Below are positions 19,694-29,400 of a stretch of 64,000 bases of DNA, one piece after another. The stretch is from Bacteroidota bacterium (lineage in GTDB: Bacteria; Bacteroidota; Ignavibacteria; SZUA-365). The notes beneath the pieces were generated by a model. It saw nothing but the letters and a program-made list of their open reading frames with translations. It was not told the origin of the DNA and made no database searches. The position numbers and the translations under genes were made by a program. Positions within the stretch are counted from its first letter, which is position 1. Each line of letters begins with the position of its first letter. Location of the stretch: assembly GCA_014860565.1 (NCBI GenBank), contig JACZJN010000071.1, positions 1,184 to 65,183 on the forward strand, in the 5' to 3' direction.

Positions 19694-20380
19694 CTACTTC
19701 ACCAGCGCCATGCGTTTGACGGCGCGGAAGCTGCCGGCGCTGAGACGATACAGGTAGGTACCCGACTCCACGAGACGGCCGGCGTCGTCACGGCCATTCC
19801 AGCTGCTGCTGTAGATGCCGGCATCCATGCGCTCATCTGCCAGCACGCGCACACGGGCGCCGATGCTGTTGTAGATTTCGAGCCGTGCATGCGTGGCTTC
19901 CGGAAGCTGGAAGCGGATAGTAGTGGAGGGATTGAAGGGATTGGGATAGTTTCCTTCAAGCAGATATTCGCCGGCAATGCCTGCGAGCGGCTGTACCGAT
20001 GTGGTGTTGGGGAAGTCATTGGCGTCGCCCGGGTTGGTGACCAGAGCGAGGTCGCCCGGTGCAGGCTGACCGATGACCCACGTTCCTTCGGGATCCTGAA
20101 GCTCCTGTCCGTTCGTGAAGCCATCGCCGTCGGAGTCCAATGCCGCGAGCGCCGCGCTCCACTGTACCTGGCCGCTGCCGCCCTGGACAGTCATGTGGTT
20201 GCGTTCGATTTCAGTTCCGAACGCCGTACGCGGACCACCCCCAGCCGGGTTCACATGACAATTGGCACAGGCGTTTTTCGTTCCGTTGGGAATCTGTCCG
20301 ACGCGGAATGCGCGTGCCGCGATATAGGTCGACGAGGCCACCAGGAGAAAGAGGCCAAAAAAGAGAATCTGTTTTTTCAT
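19694..20380 (-). CDS. Secreted temptin-like protein with CxxCH motif and T9SS/FlgD-like CTD
   Basis: Signal peptide, IPNG...CANCH...GGGPR..FG...W...DSDGDGFTNGQEL.DP...NPG, then NYPNPFNP...WNGRDDAG. Confidence 0.75.
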   Translation of the reverse strand: MKKQILFFGLFLLVASSTYIAARAFRVGQIPNGTKNACANCHVNPAGGGPRTAFGTEIERNHMTVQGGSGQVQWSAALAALDSDGDGFTNGQELQDPEGTWVIGQPAPGDLALVTNPGDANDFPNTTSVQPLAGIAGEYLLEGNYPNPFNPSTTIRFQLPEATHARLEIYNSIGARVRVLADERMDAGIYSSSWNGRDDAGRLVESGTYLYRLSAGSFRAVKRMALVK

Positions 20381-20484
20381 GTATTGCTCCACTAGCAGGA
20401 TGAGACGATGGTGAAATGTGCATGCCATGGGTTTGGATCATGACATAACGCAGTCGTGGAGCATTTCGTTCATCCTGGCTGAAA

Positions 20485-20925
20485 TCAGTCGAGCAGGGAA
20501 TTGATCATGCGCTCGAAGCGGCGGAGGAGGAGTTTGAGGTCGCGGGTGTCGACAAGCTCCTGCGACTGCTGAAGGCCGACCCAGCGGCGCTTGCGGACTT
20601 TCTCTTCGTCCCAGTGTTCATGAACGTCGGTAACCTGCATACCGAATACCTGCACACGGCAATTGCCGTTCCATTTCCTGTAGAAGTATTCGCCGATACG
20701 TTCGTCGGAGACGATACCGTCCACCCCGGCTTCTTCCAGTGCCTCCTTACGCGCCGAAGCACGCGCACCCATCCCCGGTTCGATCACGCCTTTCGGGATG
20801 ATCCAACGCTTCTTCCTCGCACTGGTGACAAGGAGGATTTCAATTCCACGGTGATGCCTGCGCCACGGTATCACGGCGGACTGCTCAAAAAACCATGACG
20901 GAGGCGGACTGGAGGTTGAGGTCAC
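20485..20925 (-). CDS. NUDIX hydrolase
   Basis: WIIPKG...ARKEALEEAGV Nudix box. Confidence 0.9.
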   Translation of the reverse strand: MTSTSSPPPSWFFEQSAVIPWRRHHRGIEILLVTSARKKRWIIPKGVIEPGMGARASARKEALEEAGVDGIVSDERIGEYFYRKWNGNCRVQVFGMQVTDVHEHWDEEKVRKRRWVGLQQSQELVDTRDLKLLLRRFERMINSLLD

Positions 20926-20928
20926 GTT

Positions 20929-21216
20929 TCAGATCAGATAAAGCAACAGGAAGATTACGTAGAAGACGCCTGTGACGGCAAGGGCGACAGCGAGATTTTT
21001 CAGGAGCTGTACGAGCGGATGCGTTGCGACCGCGAAGGAATAGCGTGCTGCGATGCCGCCGGTAAACAGTGCAATGCCGCTATAGCCGATGCTGGCTGCC
21101 AGAAGCGGATCAATGTCGCTCAGCAGCGCAAGCATGGGACCAAGAAAAAATACAAGAATGCCGAATCCCGCGCATGCGGTGTAGAGCAGCTGTCCGCGCT
21201 CCGTTTCCGTGTTCAT
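20929..21216 (-). CDS. Small membrane protein (about 3 TM)
   Basis: Hydrophobic 95-aa ORF overlapping the upstream stop by 4 nt. Confidence 0.7.
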   Translation of the reverse strand: MNTETERGQLLYTACAGFGILVFFLGPMLALLSDIDPLLAASIGYSGIALFTGGIAARYSFAVATHPLVQLLKNLAVALAVTGVFYVIFLLLYLI

Positions 21217-22205
21217 TTTTTTGAACCGTTCCTCTGTTTATCCTCTGGAATTGCGTCATCTGACGGATTCACTGACGGAGGCGGCACAACGGCGGGATCC
21301 TCGACCTGAGCGGGCTCCTCCATCACGGCGGGTTCCAGCGTGACGCTGTCCATGACCGCCGGATGCTGTCGCGCACGTTCGGCATCGAGTTTTGAGTAGT
21401 CGAGCTCACTGCCCATCATGCTGTGCGGAATCAGATACACCGCGAGGGTGACGAGTGCGGCGATGGCGACCAGCCAGCGCCGAACGGGGTGACGTTCGAT
21501 TGCATCCGCCTTCCATATCGCCACGAGGGCGATGGCCCAGGCAATGAATGCGATCAGGGTTTTATTATCGGTCAGATCGGTGCCAAACGGGAAACCCGTC
21601 CAATATGCGCCAAAGGCATACTTCTGCACGATCGGACCAAGAATGAGTCCTCCGATAATCAGCAGTCCCGTAGCCCAGATCGCCTGGCGGCGCGGCTTGC
21701 CCTTGCGGCGGAAAGATTCAATGCCGGCGCGCGTGGACAGCAGCATGGCGAGAAACATCGCGATGACATGCGGAATGAGTACGCCAAGTGGTACGGCTCC
21801 CTTGAACCGTGTGACCACCGATTCATGTGCCGGAAGGCGATCCACGCCGCTGCCGTCATCGAGTTCGACGAAATACTCGATCTTGCCTGCGGGAGGCTGA
21901 TGCGGCAGCCAGCCGCGCAAGGTGTCGCCGTTGCGCGTGAGTGCCCGGCGCGACCAGTCATCCGGGGATTTGTAGCGCCTGAAAACGATTTCGCCCGTGA
22001 CAGTCCCGCTGGGATCGAGAAGCGAAACCGGCTGATCGCCATCACCGCCATGCGTTCGTGTAAGAGAATAATGCACATCAGCGCCGTGGACGGAAACGGT
22101 TCCATCGACCGGATAGGTCGGGCCGGTTGTCCTCTGATAATATGCGGAGGCGAGGGTGATCAGCAGGGCAAGAATCCAGAAAAGTATCGAGCGGGTCATG
22201 GGCAT
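21213..22205 (-). CDS. Hypothetical membrane protein
   Basis: YQRTTGPTYP, LPHQPPAGK, WTGFPFGTDLTDNKTL, IPHS; several TM segments. Confidence 0.75.
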   Translation of the reverse strand: MPMTRSILFWILALLITLASAYYQRTTGPTYPVDGTVSVHGADVHYSLTRTHGGDGDQPVSLLDPSGTVTGEIVFRRYKSPDDWSRRALTRNGDTLRGWLPHQPPAGKIEYFVELDDGSGVDRLPAHESVVTRFKGAVPLGVLIPHVIAMFLAMLLSTRAGIESFRRKGKPRRQAIWATGLLIIGGLILGPIVQKYAFGAYWTGFPFGTDLTDNKTLIAFIAWAIALVAIWKADAIERHPVRRWLVAIAALVTLAVYLIPHSMMGSELDYSKLDAERARQHPAVMDSVTLEPAVMEEPAQVEDPAVVPPPSVNPSDDAIPEDKQRNGSKK

Positions 22206-22390
22206 ATCTTCGCGCGTGGAACAAGTATGGTAATATCGAACGAAAAGGTTCGGAATTCCAACACACAGTGGGTGGAAAAAATGGGGCCTTGCTGGATATT
22301 CAGACAAATGGGGGTATTTTTACAGGACATCCCGGGAGCATCTCCCTGTTGCAAGGAAAAGAAAACACTTCATTTCGAATAGGTGACCTG

Positions 22391-24454
22391 ATGACATCGA
22401 ACATCATTCGAGTACTTCCCGTGATCGCGCTGCTGCTGCTGGCAGCCTGCGGCACCCCGGGCGAGAAAGGAAAAACCATGACAGAGAGCACTATCAGCGA
22501 ACAGACGATCACCGTGACGATCGATACGTTGATCGCGCGGCACGGCGAGGCGCAGCGCGCACGCATCGAACGCGGTGTGCGGCAAGTGGCGCGCCTCTGG
22601 CGGGAGGACGACGGGAGCGCGGCCGATTTCCAGGTATTCTGTACCGCGCAGTTCATCGGTGATCCGGATCTTCTCGATGCCAGTTTCGAGCGACTGCAGA
22701 CCAATCTGATGCTCATCGGCGGTTATCTCGACGAAATGGGCCGCGACCTCAACGCGCCGCTGCAGTTGGAGCAAGGTCCGATACTCCCGATCGATTACCA
22801 GTTCGGCGAGTTCTCTCCCGGTGCGCATGTGAACGAAGACCTTTTCAAGACGAAAATCGCGTTTACCGTTCTTCTCAACTTCCCGCTGTCCACGCTGAAG
22901 GAACGGCTGGAAAACGGGGACAAATGGTCCCGCCGGCAATGGGCGGAAACACGTCTGGCAGACGGTTTTGACACCCGCGTTCCTTCCGAGGCCAACCAGG
23001 CGCTCAACGTCGCCTACACCAACGCCGATAACTACATCAGCAGCTACAACATCGTCATGCACAATGTGCTGACGAAAGACGGTCAGCGTCTTTTTCCCGA
23101 GGGACTGTCGCTGATCACGCACTGGGGACTGCGCGACGAACTGAAGGCACAGTATGCCAAGCCCGACGGGGTATCGCGGCAGAAGCTCATTCACCAGATC
23201 ATGGAGCGCATCATCACGCAGGAAATTCCCGCAGAGGTTATCAATAATCCCTCGGTCGACTGGTCCATCGCCGACAATGCCGTTGCACCGTTTGGCAAGA
23301 AGCCCACGGGGCAGGCCGCGCCCCGCGAAAATGATGTCCGCTATCAGCACTGGCTCAACATTTTCAATGCGGAACGCAGCGTCGATCCGTACCATCCCGA
23401 CAATCCGACCCATATCGCGCGGCGCTTCAACGAAGACCGTGAGATTCCGGAAGAAAGAGTGGAAGAGCTTTTTGTCTCAATTCTGAGTTCCCCTGAAATC
23501 AAGCAGACCGCGGCGCTGATCAAGCAGCGGCTGGGACGCGAGCTTGAGGCGTTCGACATCTGGTATCCGGGCTTCAAGAGTAAGCCGGCGATCACGGAAG
23601 ACGAACTCGATCGCATCGTGGCCAGGAAGTATCCCACCGTGGAGGCGTTTGAAAACGGCATCCCCGACATTCTGACCAAGCTGGGCTTCAGCTTCGACCG
23701 GGCGAAATTCCTTGCCAGTCACATCACCGTGGATCCGTCACGCGGCGCGGGCCATGCCATGGGTCCGGGCCGGCTCGTCGACAACGCGCATCTGCGCACG
23801 CGCGTGCCGGAAAGCGGCATGAACTACAAGGGCTACAACATCGCCGTGCACGAGCTCGGGCACAACGTCGAGCAGGTGATGAGCTTTCAGCTCATGGACT
23901 ATACGTTGCTGCGCGGCGTGCCCAACACCGCATTTACCGAAGGTTTCGCCTTTGTCTTCCAGTCGCGTGATCTCGAGCTTCTGGGACTCCGCGTCGACGA
24001 TCCCCGTGCGAAGGCGCTCAACACGCTTGACGTGCTCTGGTCGACCTACGAAATCGCCGGTGTCGCGCTGGTCGACATGCGGGTGTGGCGCTGGATGTAC
24101 GACCATCCCGATGCGACTCCCGCGCAGCTGCGCGAGGCCGTTCTCGGCATCGCAACCGAAGTGTGGAACAGCTATTACGCTCCCGTGCTCGGCGTCAAGG
24201 ACGAGCCGCTGCTCTGTATTTATTCCCACATGATCGATGCCGGCATGTACACGCCCGACTATCCGCTTGGCCATATCATCGCCTTCCAGGTGGAGCAATA
24301 TCTGGAGGGGAAGAATCTTGGCAAGGAAATGGAACGCATGTGTGCGATCGGCAGCGTCGCTCCCGACTTGTGGATGCGTACCGCGGTAGGTGCGTCCATT
24401 TCAACACAGCCCATGCTCGACGCAGCCCACGCTGCGCTGACTGCCGTCCAATAG
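22391..24454 (+). CDS. Lipoprotein, putative gluzincin (M3-like) metallopeptidase
   Basis: Lipobox LAAC; HELGH...NTAFTEGFA; YPLGH. Confidence 0.75.
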   Translation: MTSNIIRVLPVIALLLLAACGTPGEKGKTMTESTISEQTITVTIDTLIARHGEAQRARIERGVRQVARLWREDDGSAADFQVFCTAQFIGDPDLLDASFERLQTNLMLIGGYLDEMGRDLNAPLQLEQGPILPIDYQFGEFSPGAHVNEDLFKTKIAFTVLLNFPLSTLKERLENGDKWSRRQWAETRLADGFDTRVPSEANQALNVAYTNADNYISSYNIVMHNVLTKDGQRLFPEGLSLITHWGLRDELKAQYAKPDGVSRQKLIHQIMERIITQEIPAEVINNPSVDWSIADNAVAPFGKKPTGQAAPRENDVRYQHWLNIFNAERSVDPYHPDNPTHIARRFNEDREIPEERVEELFVSILSSPEIKQTAALIKQRLGRELEAFDIWYPGFKSKPAITEDELDRIVARKYPTVEAFENGIPDILTKLGFSFDRAKFLASHITVDPSRGAGHAMGPGRLVDNAHLRTRVPESGMNYKGYNIAVHELGHNVEQVMSFQLMDYTLLRGVPNTAFTEGFAFVFQSRDLELLGLRVDDPRAKALNTLDVLWSTYEIAGVALVDMRVWRWMYDHPDATPAQLREAVLGIATEVWNSYYAPVLGVKDEPLLCIYSHMIDAGMYTPDYPLGHIIAFQVEQYLEGKNLGKEMERMCAIGSVAPDLWMRTAVGASISTQPMLDAAHAALTAVQ

Positions 24455-24471
24455 TCGAATCTCCGACGCAG

Positions 24472-24511
24472 ACAACAAAGGCCGCGGACACGATCCCGCG
24501 GCCTTTGTTGT
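24472..24511 (+). terminator. Intrinsic terminator
   Basis: ACAACAAAGGCCGCGG...CCGCGGCCTTTGTTGT. Confidence 0.75.
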
Positions 24512-24542
24512 TATAGGGGGAACAGTTTTCGAAAGTGATCAC

Positions 24543-25805
24543 ATGAATACATCGAAGCACATCGACATTGTCATCCTCGGGGCCGGATACGGAGGCATCA
24601 GCTGCGTGACAAGGCTGTCGCGCCGTTTTCGCAAAAAGACGGATGTACGCATCCACCTCGTCGACCGCCACACCTATCATCTGCTTGAAACGCGTCTGCA
24701 CGAACGTGCCGTACGCGAGTCGGAAATCACTGTCCCGCTTTCAAGATTTCTGGCGAAGCGGCCGAATGTGGCTTTCCATCTCGGCGAAGTGACGCATATC
24801 GATCTTAATGACCGTTACGTAGAACTTGATTTCGGGATGACCGATACCACCTCGGCGCAGCCGCGTCGAATCCGCTATGACTACCTCGTCATTGCGTTGG
24901 GAAGCAAGACCAATTTCTACCAGATCCCCGGCCTTGAGCAGCACGCCTTTCAGCTCAAGGAACTGGAGGATTCGGAGCGTATCCGCGCGCATACCGAGCG
25001 CATGTTTGCCATCGCGGCAACGGAAACAAACCAGAACAAGCGAAAGGAATACCTGCGCTTCGTGATCGGCGGAGGTGGACTGACAGGCGTAGAGCTGGCG
25101 ACGGAGATGGCCGAACGCTTCGACGCACTCAGTGAGCAATATCATCTTGACCATTCCGAGCCGGAAATGGTACTGGTCGAGCTTTCGGACCGCATCCTCC
25201 CCTCTCTCGACGGGAAGCAAGTGGCGCGGTCGACCGAGGCCATGCAGGCGATGGGAATCCAGATTTACACGAACACGCGGGTCACCGGCATGCGCGAGGA
25301 GGAAGGGAGGCTTGAGGTGCTGCGCTCCCCTGGCGCACCCATTCCCACACGCACGATGATTTGGACTGGAGGGATTCGGATCTCGGATCTGATACGACGC
25401 AGCGGAGCGGAAACCGGTCCACAGGGGCGTGTTATCGTCAACGAGAGTCTCCAGGTCAGGCAGTACCCGGAGGTGTTTGCCATCGGCGACAACGCGTTGG
25501 CTATCAATCCGAAGGGTGGCAAGACGGTTCCCACCGCGGCACAGTTCGCTCTGCAGCAAGGCTATCTCACCGCGGATAATCTCGACCGATTGATCCGTGG
25601 GCGCACACTCAAGGAATACCATCCGAAAGTACTTGGGGAGGTCGTATCACTGGGGAAGCATCTTGCCGTGGGATGGGCCGCACTGCCTGTAGGTGCACAG
25701 TTCCGTTTCCTTGGCTTTCTTGGAAGCCTGGTCAAGCGGGCGATAAGTGAGCGCCATATTTTCCTTTTATGGAAAGAGCGTCAGAACTGGACCGGGCACT
25801 GGTAG
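24543..25805 (+). CDS. ndh: Type II NADH dehydrogenase family FAD oxidoreductase
   Basis: GAGYGG, GGGLTGVE, WTGG, FAIGD, AQFALQQG. Confidence 0.8.
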   Translation: MNTSKHIDIVILGAGYGGISCVTRLSRRFRKKTDVRIHLVDRHTYHLLETRLHERAVRESEITVPLSRFLAKRPNVAFHLGEVTHIDLNDRYVELDFGMTDTTSAQPRRIRYDYLVIALGSKTNFYQIPGLEQHAFQLKELEDSERIRAHTERMFAIAATETNQNKRKEYLRFVIGGGGLTGVELATEMAERFDALSEQYHLDHSEPEMVLVELSDRILPSLDGKQVARSTEAMQAMGIQIYTNTRVTGMREEEGRLEVLRSPGAPIPTRTMIWTGGIRISDLIRRSGAETGPQGRVIVNESLQVRQYPEVFAIGDNALAINPKGGKTVPTAAQFALQQGYLTADNLDRLIRGRTLKEYHPKVLGEVVSLGKHLAVGWAALPVGAQFRFLGFLGSLVKRAISERHIFLLWKERQNWTGHW

Positions 25806-25820
25806 CCGCGGCTGTCATAT

Positions 25821-25860
25821 AAAAACACAGATGGCCACGTTCGATACGCGGCCGTCTGTG
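25821..25860. terminator. Terminator hairpin with U-tract on the - strand; probably also ends ndh
   Basis: CACAGATGGCC...GGCCGTCTGTG with AAAAA on the left. Confidence 0.75.
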
Positions 25861-25901
25861 CTCTCTCTTCAATCGAATACCATCTCATCTTGTCTCAACT
25901 A
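25821..25901 (-). ncRNA. Candidate sigma54-dependent small RNA (about 80 nt)
   Basis: Lies between a consensus -24/-12 promoter (25927-25912) and a hairpin plus U5 terminator (25860-25821); no meaningful ORF fits inside. Confidence 0.6.
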
Positions 25902-25911
25902 TCCATTTGAG

Positions 25912-25927
25912 TGCAAGCATCGTGCCA
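25912..25927 (-). promoter_or_regulatory. sigma54 (-24/-12) promoter
   Basis: Minus strand TGGCACGATGCTTGCA = TGGCACG-N4-TTGCA with exact GG-N10-GC spacing. Confidence 0.8.
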
Positions 25928-25980
25928 AAGGTGAAACGGGCAATTCTGATTCATTTTGATCCACCGTGGAGCAAAGGGAT

Positions 25981-26017
25981 ACGGATTTCGATCCGTGGCG
26001 TTCGGATTACGAACGCC
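25981..26017. promoter_or_regulatory. Putative tandem enhancer (UAS) sites
   Basis: Dyads ACGGAT-N4-ATCCGT and GGCGTTCG-N5-CGAACGCC; shared core CGGATTwCGAwC at 25982 and 26003 (21 bp apart), 80-116 bp upstream of the predicted +1. Confidence 0.55.
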
Positions 26018-26038
26018 TAAAGCGAATTTCCTGCAAAG

Positions 26039-26084
26039 AAAAAGGCCGGGATCATGCACTTGAGGCAGATCAACCGGCCTTTTT
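26039..26084. terminator. Terminator of the 26136-26975 gene
   Basis: AAAAAGGCCGG...CCGGCCTTTTT. Confidence 0.7.
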
Positions 26085-26135
26085 CCGAAAATGGTGAGGT
26101 TCAGTGGCGGAAAAGACTTCCGCAGGATTACTATT

Positions 26136-26975
26136 CTACAGGATCGCGAGGCGCTGAAGCTGTACGCCAGCTGACGTCTCGAGACGAAGAGTATATACTC
26201 CGCTGGGGAGAGAAGACGTGCTGAAAGGAATAATATGATGTCCCGCTTCAAGATTGGCGTTATTTATAAGCGTGGCAACATTACGGCCATAGCTGTCGAC
26301 CATCGTGACATTCACCGGCATTTCGCTGTGGAGCCCAAAGGAAAGCGTACCAAAGCGCGTGAAGGAGTCCACATTGTGCTGCCAGATCACGAAGGAATTC
26401 GGCACCATGCTTGGCATAACGCAGATTGCCGGCGTCGGCATGCTGCTTCCACTCGCGGCCACCTGGCGGAGGCGATAGTATGTTACCCCGTGCACACCGG
26501 ATTCGTCAAGAAAGCTGTATCCCTGACCCTTTTGACGGGGATTCACGCGCGAATAGGAAATAGTTGCCCATTTTTCATCTGCCTGCGAGCGACGTTCCAC
26601 CACAAATCCCAGTGCCTTGGCGCCAGGGGTCACCGTCCAGTTCAGACGGACGAGATCCTTGACGAAAGAACCTTCAAATGAGATGAAATCAGGCAGCTGT
26701 TCATCGTGCCTGATAATGGAAGCGGGTGCAGGGAGGACGGAAGCAGGCTCCATGCTCGCGAAGGACGTCAGTGCTTCAGCATGCATGAAGCGCGCTGCTG
26801 CGGAGGAAAGCGTCGGGCGTGCATCGCGATACTCGTCGCCGGAGGGCGCTGCAACAGAAGACAATGCAGCTTCGCCAGTCAGACCGGCAAATTGCACATT
26901 CTGCAGCGAAGGTTCGGCTGCGCCCACACTGTAAATCAGCAGAAGCGCAATGGCTGTGAAAAGGAAGCGATACAT
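26136..26975 (-). CDS. Secreted protein with Ig/FN3-like domain and T9SS CTD; no catalytic domain seen
   Basis: VRLNW...GFVVERR...YSFLD...YYRLRQV; LPSGVYTLRL. Confidence 0.75.
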   Translation of the reverse strand: MYRFLFTAIALLLIYSVGAAEPSLQNVQFAGLTGEAALSSVAAPSGDEYRDARPTLSSAAARFMHAEALTSFASMEPASVLPAPASIIRHDEQLPDFISFEGSFVKDLVRLNWTVTPGAKALGFVVERRSQADEKWATISYSRVNPRQKGQGYSFLDESGVHGVTYYRLRQVAASGSSMPTPAICVMPSMVPNSFVIWQHNVDSFTRFGTLSFGLHSEMPVNVTMVDSYGRNVATLINNANLEAGHHIIPFSTSSLPSGVYTLRLETSAGVQLQRLAIL

Positions 26976-27109
26976 ATTTCTCACCAAGTTCTTAATGACT
27001 AACAAAGTTCCAGTCAAAGAACAAGTGAGAGTGGAGAGAGATTCAAGAGAGTGAGGGAAGAAAACTAAAGCATTTCATCTTGAAAAGCAAGAGAAAAATT
27101 GCGATGCAG

Positions 27110-27141
27110 AAAAAAAGCCGGATAGGGAATCCGGCTTTTTT
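27110..27141. terminator. Terminator after gmhA
   Basis: AAAAAAGCCGGAT...ATCCGGCTTTTTT. Confidence 0.8.
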
Positions 27142-27153
27142 CGATCGGTGCAA

Positions 27154-27732
27154 TCAGTACAGATCCGGGAAAAGAGATCGTTCCACAGTTTCGATCACGA
27201 TGTGGATGATCTTGATATGCAGTTCCTGGATGCGGTCGCTGGTGTTTCCCGGCACGACGATGGGGATGTCGCAGAGTGGAAGCACCGCTCCGCCGCCCTT
27301 GCCGAGGAGTCCGACGGTCGTGACGCCTTTTGCGCGTGCTTCTTCAGCGGCCCGTATCAGGTTGGGGGAATTGCCGCTGGTACTGAGCAGAAGGAGCAGA
27401 TCGCCTTCCTTCCCGAGGGCCTGCACCTGCCGGGCAAAGACTTCCGCAAAGCCGTAGTCGTTGGCGACGCAGCTCATGTGTCCCGGATCACTGAAGGCGA
27501 TTGCAGGCAGAGGGGGACGTTCCTGGCGGTAGCGGCCGCTCCATTCTTCGGCGAAATGCATGGCGTCACTCATCGAGCCGCCGTTTCCGCATGACATGGC
27601 CTTACAGCCCGCGCGAAAGGTGGCGGTCAGTTTGTCGGCGAAGAGCTGAACGCGCGGAAACTGGTCCTGATCATTGACGAATTTTGTGAGAACGTGCTGC
27701 GCGTCGTGGAAGCCATGCTCGATGGTGTTCAT
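27154..27732 (-). CDS. gmhA: D-sedoheptulose-7-phosphate isomerase
   Basis: CGNGGS, ANDYG, STSGNS, DRIQELH. Confidence 0.95.
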   Translation of the reverse strand: MNTIEHGFHDAQHVLTKFVNDQDQFPRVQLFADKLTATFRAGCKAMSCGNGGSMSDAMHFAEEWSGRYRQERPPLPAIAFSDPGHMSCVANDYGFAEVFARQVQALGKEGDLLLLLSTSGNSPNLIRAAEEARAKGVTTVGLLGKGGGAVLPLCDIPIVVPGNTSDRIQELHIKIIHIVIETVERSLFPDLY

Positions 27733-27747
27733 GCGGATCCCGTCTGA

Positions 27748-29274
27748 TTATTGCAGGACAGTCAGTTCAAGTTTCTTCAGGCGTGCAGCGGAGTCATCGA
27801 GGACATCGGCATGCAGGGAATTTCCATGGGCATCCATGGTGACAATGGCGGCGAATCCCTCCACCTCAAACTGCCAGAGTGCCTCGGGAATGCCGAATTC
27901 CTCGAGGAAATGAACTCCCGAGACTTTCTTCACCGTCTCTGCATAGTACTGCGCGGCGCCACCGATGGCATTGAGATAGACTGCCCCATGATCCTTGAGG
28001 CCTTGCAGTGTTTTCGGCCCCATGCCGCCCTTGCCGATAACGGCGCGTACGCCGAATTTCCTGATGACGTCGGCCTGATAGGGTTCCTCACGAATACTTG
28101 TCGTCGGTCCTGCCGCCATGACATGCCACTCGCCGCTTTCATCCTGAAGCATGACAGGGCCGCAATGGTAGAGCACGCCGCCATTCATATCCACTGGTGC
28201 GTCATGATCCATCAGGTAGCTGTGCAGGGCATCGCGTCCGGTGAACATGCGTCCGCTGATCAGCACAATGTCGCCTACCTTGAGGTTGCGGATCTGCTCC
28301 TCACTGATGGGCGACTGCAGCACGACTTCCTTGCCGGTAAGGGGAATGCCTTCGCCTTTCGCCATGGCCGCAGGGCTTATGTCGCGGTACAGCCACTGCT
28401 TGATGCTCCCCGAGGCCGGGTCGATGTGCACTCCAAGACGACGGAAGGCCCAGCAGTCATAGGCAACGGAAACAAAGAAGCTGGCGGGCAGGCGGTGGTA
28501 GCTTCCGATTTTGCAGCCGATGAGTGTGCTTGCGCCGCCGAAGCCCATGGGACCGATGTTCAGCGTATTGCTGTACTCCATGATGTAATTTTCAAGTTCC
28601 GCCAGCACCGGATCCGGGTTGGTGTCGTCGAGTTCGCGGAAGAGCTGTTCCTTTGCGTTTCCATAGCCGGAGGCACGGTCGGACCCTACGGCAACGCCGA
28701 TGGCCCCCACGGAGCAGCCCTGCCCCTGTGCCTGCCATACGGCGTGCAGGATGCACTTGCGCACGCCGTCAAGATCGCGTCCGGCTTTGCCGAGATGCTC
28801 AAGCGTGGCAGGAAGAGAATATTGGATGTTTTTATTTTCGCAGCCGCCGCCTTTGAGAATCAGCTTTACCTGAATATCGTCACCCTCCCATTGCTCCCAG
28901 TAAAAAATGGGTGCGCCTGCGCCGATGTTGTTACCGCTGTTCTTGCCCGTCACCGAGTCCACGGTATTGGGGCGCAGCTTGCCCCTGCGCGTGGCCTCTT
29001 CGATCGCCCAGATGATATCCTTCTTCATCTCGAGCTGGTTAACGCCGACCGGCGTCTTGATCTTGAAGGTCGGCATACCGGTATCCTGGCAGATTGCCCC
29101 CTCATTGTCGCAGGCCATGTCGATATTGCGTGCGATCGTGGCCAACGCCATCGCGGCGCGAGAACCCGGCTCCTCCTTGTCCAGGATGGCGTTCATTGCG
29201 CGACGGACGTCGGCGGGAAGATTGGTCGATGTCTGAATGATCAGCTCGAGCATACTCTGACGAAACTGTTCCAT
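27748..29274 (-). CDS. Class I (Fe-S) fumarate hydratase
   Basis: CQDTG, KGGGCEN, GRDA.H, AGPTTS.RE, GKGGMG. Confidence 0.93.
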   Translation of the reverse strand: MEQFRQSMLELIIQTSTNLPADVRRAMNAILDKEEPGSRAAMALATIARNIDMACDNEGAICQDTGMPTFKIKTPVGVNQLEMKKDIIWAIEEATRRGKLRPNTVDSVTGKNSGNNIGAGAPIFYWEQWEGDDIQVKLILKGGGCENKNIQYSLPATLEHLGKAGRDLDGVRKCILHAVWQAQGQGCSVGAIGVAVGSDRASGYGNAKEQLFRELDDTNPDPVLAELENYIMEYSNTLNIGPMGFGGASTLIGCKIGSYHRLPASFFVSVAYDCWAFRRLGVHIDPASGSIKQWLYRDISPAAMAKGEGIPLTGKEVVLQSPISEEQIRNLKVGDIVLISGRMFTGRDALHSYLMDHDAPVDMNGGVLYHCGPVMLQDESGEWHVMAAGPTTSIREEPYQADVIRKFGVRAVIGKGGMGPKTLQGLKDHGAVYLNAIGGAAQYYAETVKKVSGVHFLEEFGIPEALWQFEVEGFAAIVTMDAHGNSLHADVLDDSAARLKKLELTVLQ

Positions 29275-29400
29275 GCGAAGCCTCAAAGATTGAATCTGTG
29301 GAAGCGGAAAAACGGATTAAATGATACGATGAATCACTGTCGGAATCAAACAGGCGATATGCCGCCCCCCATATTCTTATTAAAATATCTTAAAATACTC

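Noticed and set aside
25970-26030. Riboswitch formed by the two adjacent hairpins
   Set aside because: No match to aptamer cores I know and no downstream CDS; better explained as DNA dyads upstream of the sigma54 promoter.
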